Source of the DNA: Vicugna vicugna
Taxonomy: Eukaryota
Direction of reading: 5' to 3'
DNA: 57,221 nt
NCBI GenBank assembly: GCA_013265495.1
Contig: MU058720.1
Coordinates: 1 to 57,221 of the forward strand
Part shown: positions 26,005 to 39,130 of the stretch, one piece after another
How the letters are laid out: every line of letters starts with the position of its first letter
Numbering within the stretch: position 1 is the first letter of the stretch
Notes under the pieces: generated by a model
What the model saw: the letters and a program-made list of their open reading frames with translations, nothing else
What the model was told of the DNA's origin: nothing
Database searches by the model: none
Program-made: the position numbers and the translations under genes

Positions 26005-28135
26005 TATATATATTTTTATTGAAGTATAGTCAGTTTACAGTGTGTCAATTTCTGGTGTACAGCTTAATGTTTCAGTCATACATGAACTCACATATATTTG
26101 TTTTCATATTCTTTTTAACCATAAGTTACTATAAGATATTGAATATAGTTTCCTGTGCTATACAGTATGAACTTGTTGTTTATTTTATATGTAGTAGTTA
26201 GTATCTGCAAATCCCAATCTCCCAGTTTATCCTTTCCCACCCCCTGGTAACCGTAAGTTTGTTTTCTATGTCTGTGACTCTGTTTTGTAGATAAGTTTTT
26301 TTGTTGTTTGTTTGCTTTTTTTTTTTAGATTCCACATATAAGTGATATCATATGGTATTTTTCTTTCTCTTTGTGGCTTACGTACCTTAGAATGACAATC
26401 TCCAGGTCCAACCACATTGCTGCAAATGGCATTATTCTATTCTTTTTTAAGGCTGAGTAGTATTCCATTGTATAAGTATACCACAACTTCTTTATCCAGT
26501 CATTTTTTGATGGACATTTAGGTTGTTTCCATGTCTTGGCTATTGTATTGTAGTGCTACTATGAATATTGGAGTGCATGTATCTTTTTGAATTAAGTTTC
26601 CCTCCAGATATATGCCCAGGAGTGGGATGGCTGGGTCATATGGTAAGTCTATTTTTAGTTTCTTTGAGGAATCTCCATACTGTTTTCCATAATGGCTACA
26701 CCAAACTACATTCCCACCAACAGTGTAGGAGGGTTCTCTTTTCTCCACACCCTCTCCAGTGTTCATTCTTTGTGGACTTTTGAATGATGGCCATTCTGGG
26801 TGGTGTGAGGTGATACCTCACTGTAGTTTTGATTTTCATTTCTCTGATAGTTAGATATTGAGCATATTTACATGTGCCTATTGGCCATTAGTATGTCTTC
26901 ACTGGAGGATTGTTTGGTTAGGTCTTCTGCCCATTGTTGGATTGGGCTGTTTGTTTTTTTCTTTTTAAGTTGTATGAGCTATTTATATATTCTGGAGATT
27001 AAGCCTTTGTCAGTCTCATGCTTTGCAAATATTTTCTCCCATTCTGCAGGGTGTCTTTTTGTTTTGTTGATGGTTCCCTTTCCTATGCAAAAGCTTATAA
27101 GTTTAATTAGATCTTATGTATTTATTTTTATTTTTTGCATTTTTATTGAGTTATAGTCATTTTACAATGTTGTGTCAAATTCCAGTGTAGAGCACAATTT
27201 TTCAGTTATACGTAAAAATACATATATTCATTGTCAAATTTTTTTTTGCTGTGAGCTACCACAAGAACTTGTGTGTATTTCCCTGTGCTATACAGTTTAA
27301 CCTTCTTTATCTACTTGTTTATTTTTGCTTTTATTTCTATTGCCTGGATAGATGGCCCTAAGAGAACATTGCTGAGATTTATGTTGGATAATGTTTTGCC
27401 TATGTTTTCTTCTGAGAGATTTATAGTGTCTTGTCTTATGTTTCAGTCTTTCAGCCATTTTGAATTTATTTTTGTGTATAGTGTGAGAGTTTTCTAACTT
27501 CATTGATTTACATGCAGCTGTCCACTTTTCCCAACACCATTTGCTAAAGAGACTGTCTTTACTCCATTTTATGTTCTTGCCTACTTTGTCAAAGATTAGT
27601 TGACCAAAAGTCTGTGGGTTTATTTCTGGACTCCCTATTCTGTTTCATGGACCCACATGTCTGTTTTTGTACCATTACCAAGCTGTTTTGTTTACTGTTG
27701 CTCTGTAGTATTTTCTGAAGTCTGGGATGGGAGGGTTATTCCTCCAGCTGAATTCTTTTTCTTCAGTAATGCTTTGGCAATTCTTGGTCTTCTGTGATTC
27801 CATATAAATTTTAGGATTATTTGTTCTAATTCTGTGAAAAACATCCTGGTTAATTTGATAGAGATCATGTTAAATCTGTAGATTGCTTTGGGTATTATGG
27901 CCATTTTAATAATATTAATTCTCCCAATCCAAGAACATGGGTTATCTTTGCATTTCTTTATGTCATCTTTAATTTCCTTAGTCAGTGTTTTGTAGTTCTC
28001 TGCATATAAGTCTTTCACTTCCTTGGTTAGATTTATTCCTAAGTATTTTATTTTTTTGGATGCAATTTTAAAAGGTATGTTTTTCTTTGCTTTGCTTTTC
28101 TGATATTTCATTGTTTGTGTAAAGAAATGCCACTG
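26005..28135 (-). mobile_element. Relatively young 5'-truncated L1 (ORF2 C-terminal half + 3'UTR)
   Basis: ORF 27692..28111 '[55 protein letters not shown]' and 26518..26766 '[17 protein letters not shown]'; T-rich tail at ~26005. Confidence 0.95.
27120..27312 (-). mobile_element. Short L1 3'-end fragment nested inside the L1 above
   Basis: A second 3'-terminal motif, 'tttttattgagttatagtcattttacaatgttgtgtcaaattccagtgtagagc..ccctgtgctatacag', interrupts ORF2, which resumes with 'ttgtttatttttgcttt'. Confidence 0.8.
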
Positions 28136-28229
28136 TCATTGATCATCATTCTTAAATAAAGTCCTTATCTCTCTTCCCCAGAGATAATTATAGTTATGAA
28201 TTACTCATCTTTCATGTATTCACATATAT

Positions 28230-28417
28230 TAGGGTTTCTTAATTCCATCACTATTGATATCTGTTGTTGGAGGCTCTACTGTGCATTGTAAGATATTTAT
28301 CAGCATTCTTTGCCTCTGCTGCCTAGATATCAGTTCTGAACCCCCAGTGAGACAGTCAAAGATGATGTGTGTCCAAATGCCTCCAAGGGGCAAAAGTACC
28401 CCCAGTTAAGAAGAATT
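28230..28417 (-). mobile_element. MER20 (hAT-Charlie) MITE
   Basis: 'agggtttctta..cactattga..ctgtgcattgtaagatattta.cagcat..ctagat..ccaaatg..ggggcaaa..cccagttaagaa' matches the MER20 reverse complement. Confidence 0.8.
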
Positions 28418-28713
28418 GACATATACACATATGAATCCTTAGAAAACGTATCTTAAGGGAATTTCAGTTAAACACAGATACAAAAGATATTTTATAAAAG
28501 CTCACTCAACTCCAGCCCAATTCCCTTTTAATGTTCCTTACTGCATGTTAGTGCATGGAAACCTAAAACCATATTTCCAAGACTCATTACAGTTCAGATT
28601 CTGCAAGTTTTCTACATTAAACCAGGCCAAAGCAGCAACGTTTGATAGTAAAGGCAAAGAAAATATCAAGCAGATATTTAACTCCTCTGGCAAGCATGAT
28701 TATAATGATGTTT

Positions 28714-28714
<1 letters not shown>

Positions 28715-28744
<30 letters not shown>
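28715..28744 (+). repeat. (GT)15 microsatellite
   Basis: Seen directly. Confidence 0.95.
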
Positions 28745-28747
<3 letters not shown>

Positions 28748-29904
28748 AGTGTGAGCTGCATCAGAAATCCAAAGTCAGTAGCTTAGTTTCCTGGCTATGG
28801 AGAAATATGGGGCAAAGATCTTTTGGCCCAGTTCATGGCAGACATAACATGGCTCTGGAGTCAGCAATAATGATGGTCATTTCTTAATTCTGTAGCACCC
28901 AAACTTCACAGTCAGCGGCTGCCTTAGTGGTCTAGCTCAGCAGTGTTGTTCAGGGAACTTGTCAAGAGATGCTTATGTGGCCTCTTCAGTGATGTTGTGA
29001 GCAGCATAATAATGAATGATAAATAACAGATCCTCCTCTCGTCACCCTATCCAAGGGGCAACAGCTAAACCCAGACTCGTTCTCTGCTGCCTTGTGAAAC
29101 TTTAAGAAAAAAACAAAAGACGTTGAGTTGTACACTATGATTACAAAGAGAGCAGGAGTGGGGATGACAGTGCGTGAAAGATGTTAACAAATGTTTAATG
29201 AAGGGGTGTGGATGGAGCATTGGCAGATTCAGAAGGTTGTTGTCCGCTCCCTGCAGAGGACATTGCCAGCGGAAAGCCCAGTGAGTCATCCTGCAGAGCC
29301 CTGAGTGGACCTGGGGATCAGAGGCGCTGCTGTTACTGGGTGAGGTGAAGAGTGGGCGTGAGGCCTGTGTGTTATGTGTGGGACTGAAATCAGGGAAATT
29401 GGTAAAAAGCACAATATGGAACAGGAACGTCCCCCAGGTAGCTTTATTACTCCATGCATCCTAGCGACTGCTTGTCCCCAACACTGCAAAATGGTGCTAG
29501 AGGAGCATCAGACTCAGGGACATGGGTCACTGTAGACTGACAGAGAGCTGCCTTCCAAAAACCAGAAGTGTTAAGGGAAATCCAGCACATGGAGGGGTGG
29601 GACTTCCTGTCCTCTGATAGGTAATTAAACTTCTTAGAACGCTGGTAGCCAGCCCTACACACTCCAGGCATGAGCTGAGTGACTCCTCCTACAGAGACAC
29701 TGAATAAACCAACAGAACAGATTTTTAGATACTGATGCTTCGAAGTCTCACTGCTAAATGTATGGTTGCCCAGCCTGTCCACCTGGTGTTTCTATTAGGA
29801 AAATCAGTAGTTGACAGTTTTCTTCCTCCACCCAAACATAGAGCATCTATCAGTATTTGAGTGTCCTGAACTTAAACATGAACGATAACATAAAATATCA
29901 GACA

Positions 29905-29935
29905 TGTGTATGTATGTGTGTGTGTGTGTGTGTGT
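29905..29935 (+). repeat. (TG)n microsatellite, imperfect
   Basis: Seen directly. Confidence 0.9.
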
Positions 29936-30244
29936 ACGTATGAGTGGTAGTGAAGGACGGCAGATTTGAGAATATCCAACAACATGAAAGAGACTAAAAA
30001 AATAATTAGAGGAAAGAGGAGCTCCATGAGAAAATAGAGTGTGTGTATATACGCATGTCTCTCTGTCTGTGCAGAGGAATGTATCAGTGTATATAAACAT
30101 ATGATATTTAAATAAATAACACACACACACAGAGAAGCTCTCCAAATGGGCCAGCCCAGAGCCTGTGTCTCCCCTTTTAGAACTTGCCTGCCTGCTTTTA
30201 TGACCCATGGGCTTGCTCTGCCCCTTTAACAACCTCATGTAACA

Positions 30245-30352
30245 GGATGTGTGACCCACGGCAAATCTTTGAAACTCTGTGGGCTTCAGTTGTTTCATTC
30301 ATAAAAAGGAGAGCTTGAACTTGATCTCTGAAGATTTTTCAAGCACTGGCAT
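30245..30352 (+). mobile_element. MIR3/MIRc remnant
   Basis: 'tgtgtgacc..ggcaaatc..ctctgtgggcttcagtt..tcat..aaaagg..ttgaacttgatctctgaag'. Confidence 0.6.
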
Positions 30353-30879
30353 TAAAATTTTTTTTCCTCTCTTTTGATCTCTTTTTCCTATTAATATATT
30401 TACTTGCAGGGGCACATAAACAGTAATTTTGCAAAACACTTCCTTTTTGTTTCCCAAATACATTAATTAAACCCACATAAAGCAGCAGGTGTACAGTCAT
30501 TTCTGTGCCTTTTAGTCTTCACTTGTTGAGAAAGCAAGCCTTTAGGTGAGCAATGATGCCCCCATTGACGGGGTGGGGTGGGGGTTTGCAGTGACTTGGC
30601 GTCTTCTGGCACATTTTTCCCTTAGACTAAGTTAAGGTGCCAAGCCTAAAACAATATTCCTTTGCAAGATTTAGCATGGAAGGAATTTCTGAAACCACAG
30701 GGTAGAAACTAATGATTAGCTTGAGATGCTATTAGCGTATCAGCAGGAGAAAGGACTAAATGAGCTATGATCTGAAGTAAAATATGTCATCCTGGAAATT
30801 GCAAGTGATAGGATGGAGAAACAGTACTGGGTAATAGGGGAGGAGAAGGAATGAGCTATTAGACTGAGAAGCAAGGAGA

Positions 30880-31640
30880 CAAGCATTTAAATTAAGAGGA
30901 CAGGACAATGAGACGGCGTGGGTTAACGTGCACGCGCCCAGACTGAAAGACACTGTGGTTAGTCTTTGTAGACAGGAAGCGATCCATCAGCTGGGCTAGA
31001 ATGCAGCACTAAGGGGACCAGGCAAGGAAAAGGATACAAAGTACTTTTCTGCTTGGATAAAGCAAGCAGACATAAATTCATCCCAAGCACTTCTCCCTTA
31101 AGTGACATCATTAAGTGCTGCCATGAGCAAGAGGCTCACTAATCAAGAAGTCACTGAGGGGAAAAAAGAGGAAAAAAAAAACAGTGTGAGGAGATATAAA
31201 AAGCCTGATGAGTCAATGTTTTAGGAAAAAATACAATGAAAATTGAGTCACTGCACTGTTTTGGCAAAGGTGGGTATAAAAATACAATATTTATATTTGT
31301 AACTATAAGAGGTGAGGGAGGGAGAGAGAGGCTGAGAGAACAAGAGAGAGGAAACTAATAAAATCACATCCGTGTTACAATGAGCCATCCGTTATAAATC
31401 TCTCCAGCTTGTGCTTACTGACAGATCACCTCATCAAGAGCTGGTTTCTTTGTTTGGAAAGTCAGGTGTGAGTTTTGCTGTGCAACATTGTTACTTTCAG
31501 CATGGTGTGCAAGCCTTGCTTCTAGAGTGTCAGTCCACCCAGTGCGTCTGGCTCGAGGAAATCTGAGTAGGGCAGAGACAGAAATATCATGAGCCTGTAG
31601 CAGCTGCACTACAAACAGGCCGGTGGAAATTATTTTAAGG
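30880..31640. promoter_or_regulatory. Candidate enhancer / alternative promoter (motif cluster in repeat-free DNA)
   Basis: TGAGTCA at 31209 and 31244, TGACATCA at 31103 flanked by TTAAGTG sites, TATA-like words at ~31194, ~31274 and ~31393, and retained CpGs. Motif presence only; no functional data. Confidence 0.25.
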
Positions 31641-33249
31641 TTGTTTTTTTTTCAATATTTTGTTTGATTGAGAATAATTAATGAAACTAGCTAAGACATT
31701 AGATTAGCCCCTTTGAACACCAGGAAGCATTTTTTTCCCTGCTGTCAGACACAAAGCTATGGGCATAGATACGCAACCAATATTTAAGAACCCATAAATT
31801 GCCAGGTTCAAAGTTGAATGACTGATTTCAGGAAGTCCTATTTAATAAACACCAACCCTAAGCCCCAAAAATCAGATTTGTAATCTCGGCATCTCTGTTT
31901 CCAGACAGTTGTTTTTTTAACTGAAGTTTATTTTTGCTATGTGATTAAAAATTGAGAATAACAGTTTTATGTATAGCTTTTCATTGTAAGCAAAAAGGAA
32001 TGAAAGCCTTCATAAAATTATCATGTTATGATTTTTTAAAAGCAAGTTCTCACCTTGTCAATAGCATTTCCAAACCTCTTTTTTTTCTCCTTTAATTACC
32101 AGTTTCTTTTTTTAAGTTTCATTTCTGGGAACTAGTGCTACATAGGTGAGGGGGATGCATTCTGTTTCCTCACATGATAACAGTCTACTATGGAAGTCAG
32201 CATTTTACAGTGAATTAGCTGAGTGAGAAAATGCTGCAGTATCAATTCACATTACAAACCATGAGGAGGCTAAGGTGGCATTATCAGCTTTCTTACATGA
32301 TAGAATAGTTCTTCACATAGAAGATGCTTGAGCTGGAATCAGAATGAGAAAGGTTTGCCAATTTGTTACCATCTGGGGCTGACAGCAGCTATCTGGGCTT
32401 GTTAGTGGATAAGGGAACTGTTAATTTTTCTATATGGCTGGAGTTTAAGGAGTGAAGAAATGGGTCAGTGAGTGGTAGGTAAGGGTTTAACCAATATTAT
32501 AATAGTTGAACAGCATCAAGATAAAATACTATTACCTGCCCTCCTGAATTCACCATCAGATTAATACTATGAGTTGGAGCTTTATTCTATCATAAGACCT
32601 TGTGAGTTGCTTGTTCTGCCTGATTTGATCCTGGTGATCAATAATAATATACACTGCTGTCAAGCCAGTCAAATTTGTCATCACAGACTAGTTTCATCTA
32701 TTGATTTGCTTTTTACCAATTCAGCCAGCTCCACTGAATGATGCAGAAAGGGCAACAGAAGTAGATCCTTTTTCATATTCAACAGAGATGTCTAGAAATG
32801 GTGTCAGTTTATAATTGGGCAAACCATAGTTCTTTTCTTCTTCCTGTTTTTCGAATTAACAAGTTTCTCAGCCTTTCAAATGCCTTCTTCATTAATTGGT
32901 GAAAATAATGATTCAGACAGATGGCTTCTTTAAGAGAAGTAGTTACTATTATATCCCTTGGGGAAGAGCCATCTGCTCGATGTGGGCGGGGGGCTTCCAG
33001 CTGTTGCCATTTCCCTATCACCTGTGGGGTCTTTGTAACCCACTCTTTCAACTATGATACAGGACTCTTTAAGGAGTAACGGTGTTTGCATGCTCATTTC
33101 CATTAACACATGTAAAATCTCTAGGCATAGCCAAGTGTATTGGATTGAGGCCAGAGTCCTTTCTCACATCTCTTCTGTCCCTTTTCCAGCTTCACATTTT
33201 AATCAAAGTTTAAATCTTCCGTTATCAAAACTATTGCAAAGGGGGGAAA

Positions 33250-33998
33250 TCCTAATTAGAATGGGCAAAGGTCTTGATTGGGCAGATATTTTTCCAAAGA
33301 AGATATGCAAGTAGCCAATAACCACATGAAAAGTTGCTCAACGTCACTAATAATTAGGGGCATGCAAACCAAAAGCACAGTGAGATACTGTCTCACACCG
33401 GTAAGGATGGCTAGTGTTAAAACAAATGAACAGAACGTAACAATTGTGGGATATTGGCAAGAAACACGCAGAAAATAACAATGTTAGACATTGGCAAAAT
33501 TATGTATCCAAAAAATAAAAGCAGGGTCTGCGATATCTGTACACACATGTTCATAGCAGCATTATTCACATTAGCTAAAAGGTAGAAGCAACTCAGGTGT
33601 CCCTACATGGATGAACAGATACACAAAATGCGGTATACATTCAATGGAATATTTAGTCTTAAAAAGGAAGGAAGTTCTGACACATGCTGTACCATGAATG
33701 AATTTTGACAACATGCTAAGGGAGATAAGCCAATAATCCAAAGAAAAATATTGTACTATTCTAGGCACCTAGAGTAATCAAATTAATAGAAAATAGAATG
33801 ATAGTTGCCAAAGGCTGTGAGCAGGGAAGACTGGGACGTACTGTTTAATGGATACAGAGTTTCAATTTGGGAAAATGAACAGTCCTGGAGATAGATGGTG
33901 GCAACATCTGCATGATAATGAATGTATTTAGTGCCGCTGAAGTGTACCCTTAAATATTTTAAATTGTAACTTTCATGTCATTTATATTTTGACATGAT
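33250..33998 (+). mobile_element. L1MB-type ORF2 end + 3'UTR
   Basis: ORF 33278..33478 'RYFSKEDMQVANNHMKSCSTSLIIRGMQTKSTVRYCLTPVRMA', followed by an L1MB 3' terminus. Confidence 0.9.
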
Positions 33999-35452
33999 CA
34001 CAATAACACTGTGGAATTAGTTTGTTTTTTTCTGTTTCAAAACTAGCAGCTTGTGTTCTAACTTAGAGGTTGTGCTTCACTCTTCCTTCCCAGCTTGGGG
34101 AAATTGCAGAGGAAGCCCATAGCATCTGCTCTATTTTCTTAACCTTTCATCTTTTCTCTTTCTAAGAAATTGATAACTGTGTTATTCTCCAATACAAGCA
34201 AAATATCTAATTCTTATACCCATAGACTAAATTTTCCCTACTGGATAAAGGATGGCAACATGTTATAACAGTTGAACAAAAAAACAAGACATGAGAGCAG
34301 GCTACAAAGGAAGGACACTAATGGGGTCACAATGAATCTGAGATCACAAAAGTAAGCAAAGTTCAGGGAACATAAAAGTGGAGTTCAGAGTACAGTGAGA
34401 GGTCTGTGTGGATATACTCACAAGCCAGAAATCTGCACAGCCTCAGGATCAAGCAGAATGGCCCAGGCAAAGCAGTCGCTGGTCAAATTCCAAAGAACTC
34501 ATACAAAATTTGCACTGTGCTAACCCTGGAAAATGAGGGACACTGTGATAGGCTTTCCCACATAACTTAACAGATCTCACCTGCTCTGTATTCTTACCCA
34601 CCATCACCAGTGGCAACCTACACTAAAGGAGGCTAATAGAATGATAGTAAAATTTCTGGCAAAGTTACTTTTTCCCTATAGTACCATGCCAGAATTAATA
34701 ACTAATAATGAGAAGTAGTATTTGCATAGCACTTGTCATGCCTCATATAGCTAAACAGTGGTGGTTATACACTGTCTGCACCAGGGTTGTAATCCTGTAC
34801 TGGAAGCAAGGATCATGCCAATAACCTTGCTTTGTCTGGCACTGATGAGAGAGTACTTCTGATAATAACATCAAGAAAATTAAGTGGCTTTAAGATACGT
34901 GTATTCAAATGTCTAAAAAGTAGCAGGTAAAAATAATAAAAATCTAGAAAGAGGGTCAATTTTTAACCATTGAGTTTGTAAAAAAAAACTACAGACATTG
35001 ATATTCCTTTATAAAAGGAATAATCCAAGTTAAGGAAAAAAGCAATATTAAATGCAACATGCATGGCTTACAATAGTTAAAAAAAATGGGAATCAACTAA
35101 AATTCTACCATGTGGAGAGGTAGTTATCATTTTAAATATATAGTACCAACATGAAAAATTCATTAATAGTAATGTGGGAAAATGGAACATAAAAATGATA
35201 CACTAAGATCACAACCATGTTAAAATATATAACCATAAAACTTAAAATGATCACACATGCCTTTTGGTAAATTAAAATGTATCTGATTTTTCTCTTCTTT
35301 TAAACTTTATGTAATGATACGATGATAAGAAATGTATGGCTTTAAAGAGACATGAGATTAATAGCTCTTATTTGTACGTTTACATGACTTCAGTAATATC
35401 TTGAGAACTCTACAAGTATTATTGCCACTAACAAAGGAGGAGGAGAATTAGC

Positions 35453-35700
35453 GGTAGTGATAGTGGTGGTGGTGGTGGTGGTAGTAACAGTGGTAGTGGT
35501 AGTACTGGTAGTGGTGGTAGTCATGATAGTAGTGGTAGAAGTAGTAATGGTGGTAGTGACAGCAGGGGTAGTGGTAGTAATGGTAGTGGTAGTACTGGTA
35601 GTCATGGTAGTGGTGATGGTAGTTGTGGTAGTTGTTGTCGTAGTGATAGTGGTGGTAGTGGTGGTACCGGTCATGGTGGTGGTAGTACCTATGGTTGAAC
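35453..35700 (+). repeat. Degenerate (GTG/GTA)n trinucleotide low-complexity repeat
   Basis: About 80 triplets of gtg/gta/atg; reads as poly-Val on + and poly-Thr on -. Confidence 0.9.
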
Positions 35701-36079
35701 TGGTCACAGAGTTACCAGGTAGAAGATCACGACTTGACAGGCAATTGGTCTGCCTCTGAAACTCATTGTTGTTACCATATGCTCTCTCTGTGTGTGACCC
35801 CACGCCTCCATGTAATTTTCCCAGGACCCCACCTTCCGTTTCTGAGGACGAATGATAAGTAGACATATCCTTGAATGAGAAAACCTTCAAACCTTCCCAT
35901 TTTTTCCTCACCCACTCTCCTTGTAGACCTCATTTTCTTCCTCATGGAAACATGTATTTCCTGATAGAATTAAAGAGCAGCCTCCAAATCTAGTCTTTTT
36001 CTATCAATGAAATTCAAAAAGTTTGATGGAGAAAGTGTTTTCCCTCAGACTCTGTCTTTTTTTCCAAATGATTTAAAAA

Positions 36080-36750
36080 TTCTTTTATTTTGAAATGTTA
36101 GACTTACAAGCGGCAAACAGAGATTCCTGTATCTATTCCATCAGCTTCTGCAAAGGTAAGTATCTGACATATCGTGGTAAAATTATCAATACTAGCAAAC
36201 CAACAGTTATAATATTGTTAATTAAACTGCAGACCATATTCAGATTTCACCAGTTTTTCCACTAATGTCCTCTTTTTGTTTCAGGATCCAGTTCCGGATC
36301 TCACATTGCACTTTTTTGCTTTCCCTGAGTCTCTTTCAATTTGCAACAGTTCTTTAGTCTTTCCTTATTTTTTTTTTATGATCTTGACACTTATGAATAG
36401 TATAATTGATTAATTATATTCCAGAATGTCCTTCAATTTGAAATTTTCTGATGTTTCCTCATGATTGGACTAAGGTTAAGAATATGTCCTTCTTCAACAC
36501 TTGGTATCAAAAATAATGTCAGTATGATGTTTTACTGCTGATGCTAACTGTGATTACTTGGCTAAATAGTGTTTGCTGTGTTACTATCTTTCCATTTATA
36601 ATTAATAAAAATTTGGGAGTAGATACTTTGAAAGTATGGTAATATCTTATTTCTTCTGAAATTTTCACCTGCTACTCAGTAACCTTTGGTGGGCCTTGTC
36701 TAGAACAATAATGTCTGTGGTGTTTGCTTACTGCTGCTTTTCTACTGAAA
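36080..36750 (-). mobile_element. L1MC/MD-type 3' end
   Basis: 'aattaaactgcagaccatattcagatttcaccagtttttccactaatgtcctctttttgtttcaggatcca' is the characteristic antisense L1MC1-like 3'UTR. Confidence 0.8.
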
Positions 36751-37959
36751 TGTAATTGGAATCTGTAGCAAGTAAAGAGCACATACATGGCACAAGAAAC
36801 ATGTTTTTTCCTTCCTCAGATCCTCAGTGTAACCTGGAGGATGTGTAAATATACCTCTTAATATTGTCTTTTCCCTTAATCAGCACTGGATTCCATGGAA
36901 AATGCTCCTTACCTTCAGTCAACAATGGTGTGTCATTGTTCTCAGTCACTAGAGTAGAAAGAGTGAAAAATAAGATTCCACTGTACCATATGACGATATG
37001 AGTCTACCTCCTGCATAAATTCCGATGACAGGGGAAAACATTGGCAGTATTGCTTTCGATATGAAAGATGTCAACAACCAAAGAAACCTCACTGACTTTA
37101 TTAGGTATCCCCTAGTTTGTGCCTTTAATGAAAGAGATTTGATGACATGTGAGAAAATCTCTCTTCAGGTTCCCTTTGTTTCATTATTGTCTAGCCCTTC
37201 TTAGCCTAAGTTGCTTTTCAAAGGAATCATAATAATAGACTGACATATCGTATTCCCATAACACTAAAGGAGAAGTTTCCCTCAAGGAAAACGTGAAAAA
37301 TTAAGTGACTCAAGGATCTCCCATCTTCCCATTCCATTCAGACAAGGGACTCAGAAAAGTGACTTAAAAAGTAGGCTTGGTTGTGCCTGTGTGTGTGTGT
37401 ATGTGTCCCAGGACAAGTCTTCCTTTAATTTCAGTTTCTCTAAAACTAAAGACAGACAATTAAGTGCTAAGATCTCACATTTCATGGAAATTTTAAAATA
37501 CTACTTACTCAAACTGATATAGGCAGGGCGTAAATTAGACAGTTAAGTAACAGCATGGTTTTCCTGAATATACTTTTATGCGTTTTATTTATGAATACTA
37601 CTACTTGTTATTCCACTTGCCTCCTTATTGCAAATTAACTCTGACAAGTAAGACATAGGTTAAAAACATTAATCCTTACAGTGTATATATGAATAGGTTT
37701 ATTTCTATCATTTGCATATTACTTGAAATATGCAGTATTTTATAGATTACATCAAGACATAAAAAGAAACGTTCATTATTTTCTTTTATATATAGAGTAT
37801 TCATAATGAATGTTTTTCAACTTTAATCGCTAGAAGGTAAGGGTTTTGTTTGCTTTTCTTTTTTTTACAGTTTTTAAAAATTGAATGAAAGAGTGTTTAA
37901 ATTCTATAGTGCTTTACAATTTTCAAGAGTTTCACACACATGATTTCATATAATCCCAT

Positions 37960-38715
37960 AATAATCCCTATTTTTTAGCCCCTTACTCCTATATTGCCCC
38001 TTCCCCCTTCCCTCTCCCCACTGGTAATCACTTATTTGTTTTCTATATCTGTGAGTCTGCTTCTTTTGTTTTGTTTTGTTTTGTTTTACTCACCAAAGTA
38101 AAATTAAACTTTTTAGATTCCACATATAAGTGATATCATACAGTATTTGTCTTTCTCTGACTTGTTTCACTTAGCATAAGGCCCTCTAAAGCTCTAATTT
38201 TGCAGATGGCAAGATTTCATTCTTTTCATGGCTGAGTAGTATTTCACTGTGTGTGTATCACACCTTCTTTAACCATTTATCTGTTGCTGGACACTTACGT
38301 TGCTTTCATACCTTGGCAATTGTAAATAACACAGCTGTGAACATTGGGGTCCATGTATATTTTTGAATTTCTGTTTTTTTTCAGATATATACTGAGGAGT
38401 GGGATTGCTGGATCATATGGTAAGTCTATTTTTAGTGTTTTGAGAACTCTCCATACTGTTTTCCACAGTGGCTGCACCAAACTACATTCCCACCAACGGT
38501 GTACAAGGGTTCCCTTTTCTCCATGTCCTTGCCAACATTTGTTATTTGTGTTCTTTCTGATGATAGCCATTCAGACAGTGTGAATTGGTATCTCATTGTG
38601 GTTTTGATTTGCATTTCCATGATTATTAGCAATGTTGAGCATCTTTTCGTGTGTCTGTTGGCCATCTGCATTTCCTCTTTGGAAAAATGGCCATTCGGTT
38701 CTTCTGCTAATTTAC
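37960..38715 (-). mobile_element. 5'-truncated L1 (ORF2 C-terminus + 3'UTR)
   Basis: ORFs 38295..38570 '[43 protein letters not shown]' and 38432..38671. Confidence 0.95.
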
Positions 38716-38839
38716 ATCTGTTTGTCTGTTTACCTATACCAGTACAATCTTAGGCAAAATGGAATGGCAGATAAATTTAGTCTTTGCTTTCACTGATTTT
38801 TCCTTCTTTACTAAATTCCGCATACAAAAGTGTAAATCA

Positions 38840-39130
38840 GTTGAAGATAGGATCTTTGTCTTAGCCATTTCTGTATTTTCATTGCTTTAATAGTACTCTC
38901 ACATTATAGGCATTCAGAGTTTGTTTTGCTGAATTCAATGGAATTGATTGAAATGGAAGGGAATTCAAGATTATCTCTGGTTAAGAATGAGAGATCTGGA
39001 TATGGACATAGAGAATCTGAAGGTTAAATTATAGCTCAGTCACTCAGAAACTATGACACAGAGACATTTAGTTTCTTGGCTGATTTTTTAAAATTTCCTT
39101 ACAGAGTTGCTCTGCAGATTAACTAATGAA
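38840..39130 (+). mobile_element. L2 3' tail followed by MIR remnant
   Basis: 'gataggatctttgtctt..ataggcattca..ttgctgaat' (L2 end), then 'ggttaagaatg..atagctcagtcact..cttacagagttgct..gattaa' (MIR). Confidence 0.45.

Noticed and set aside
29804..30298. 164-aa ORF
   Set aside because: Runs through TG/CA microsatellites and a MIR; no coding hallmarks.
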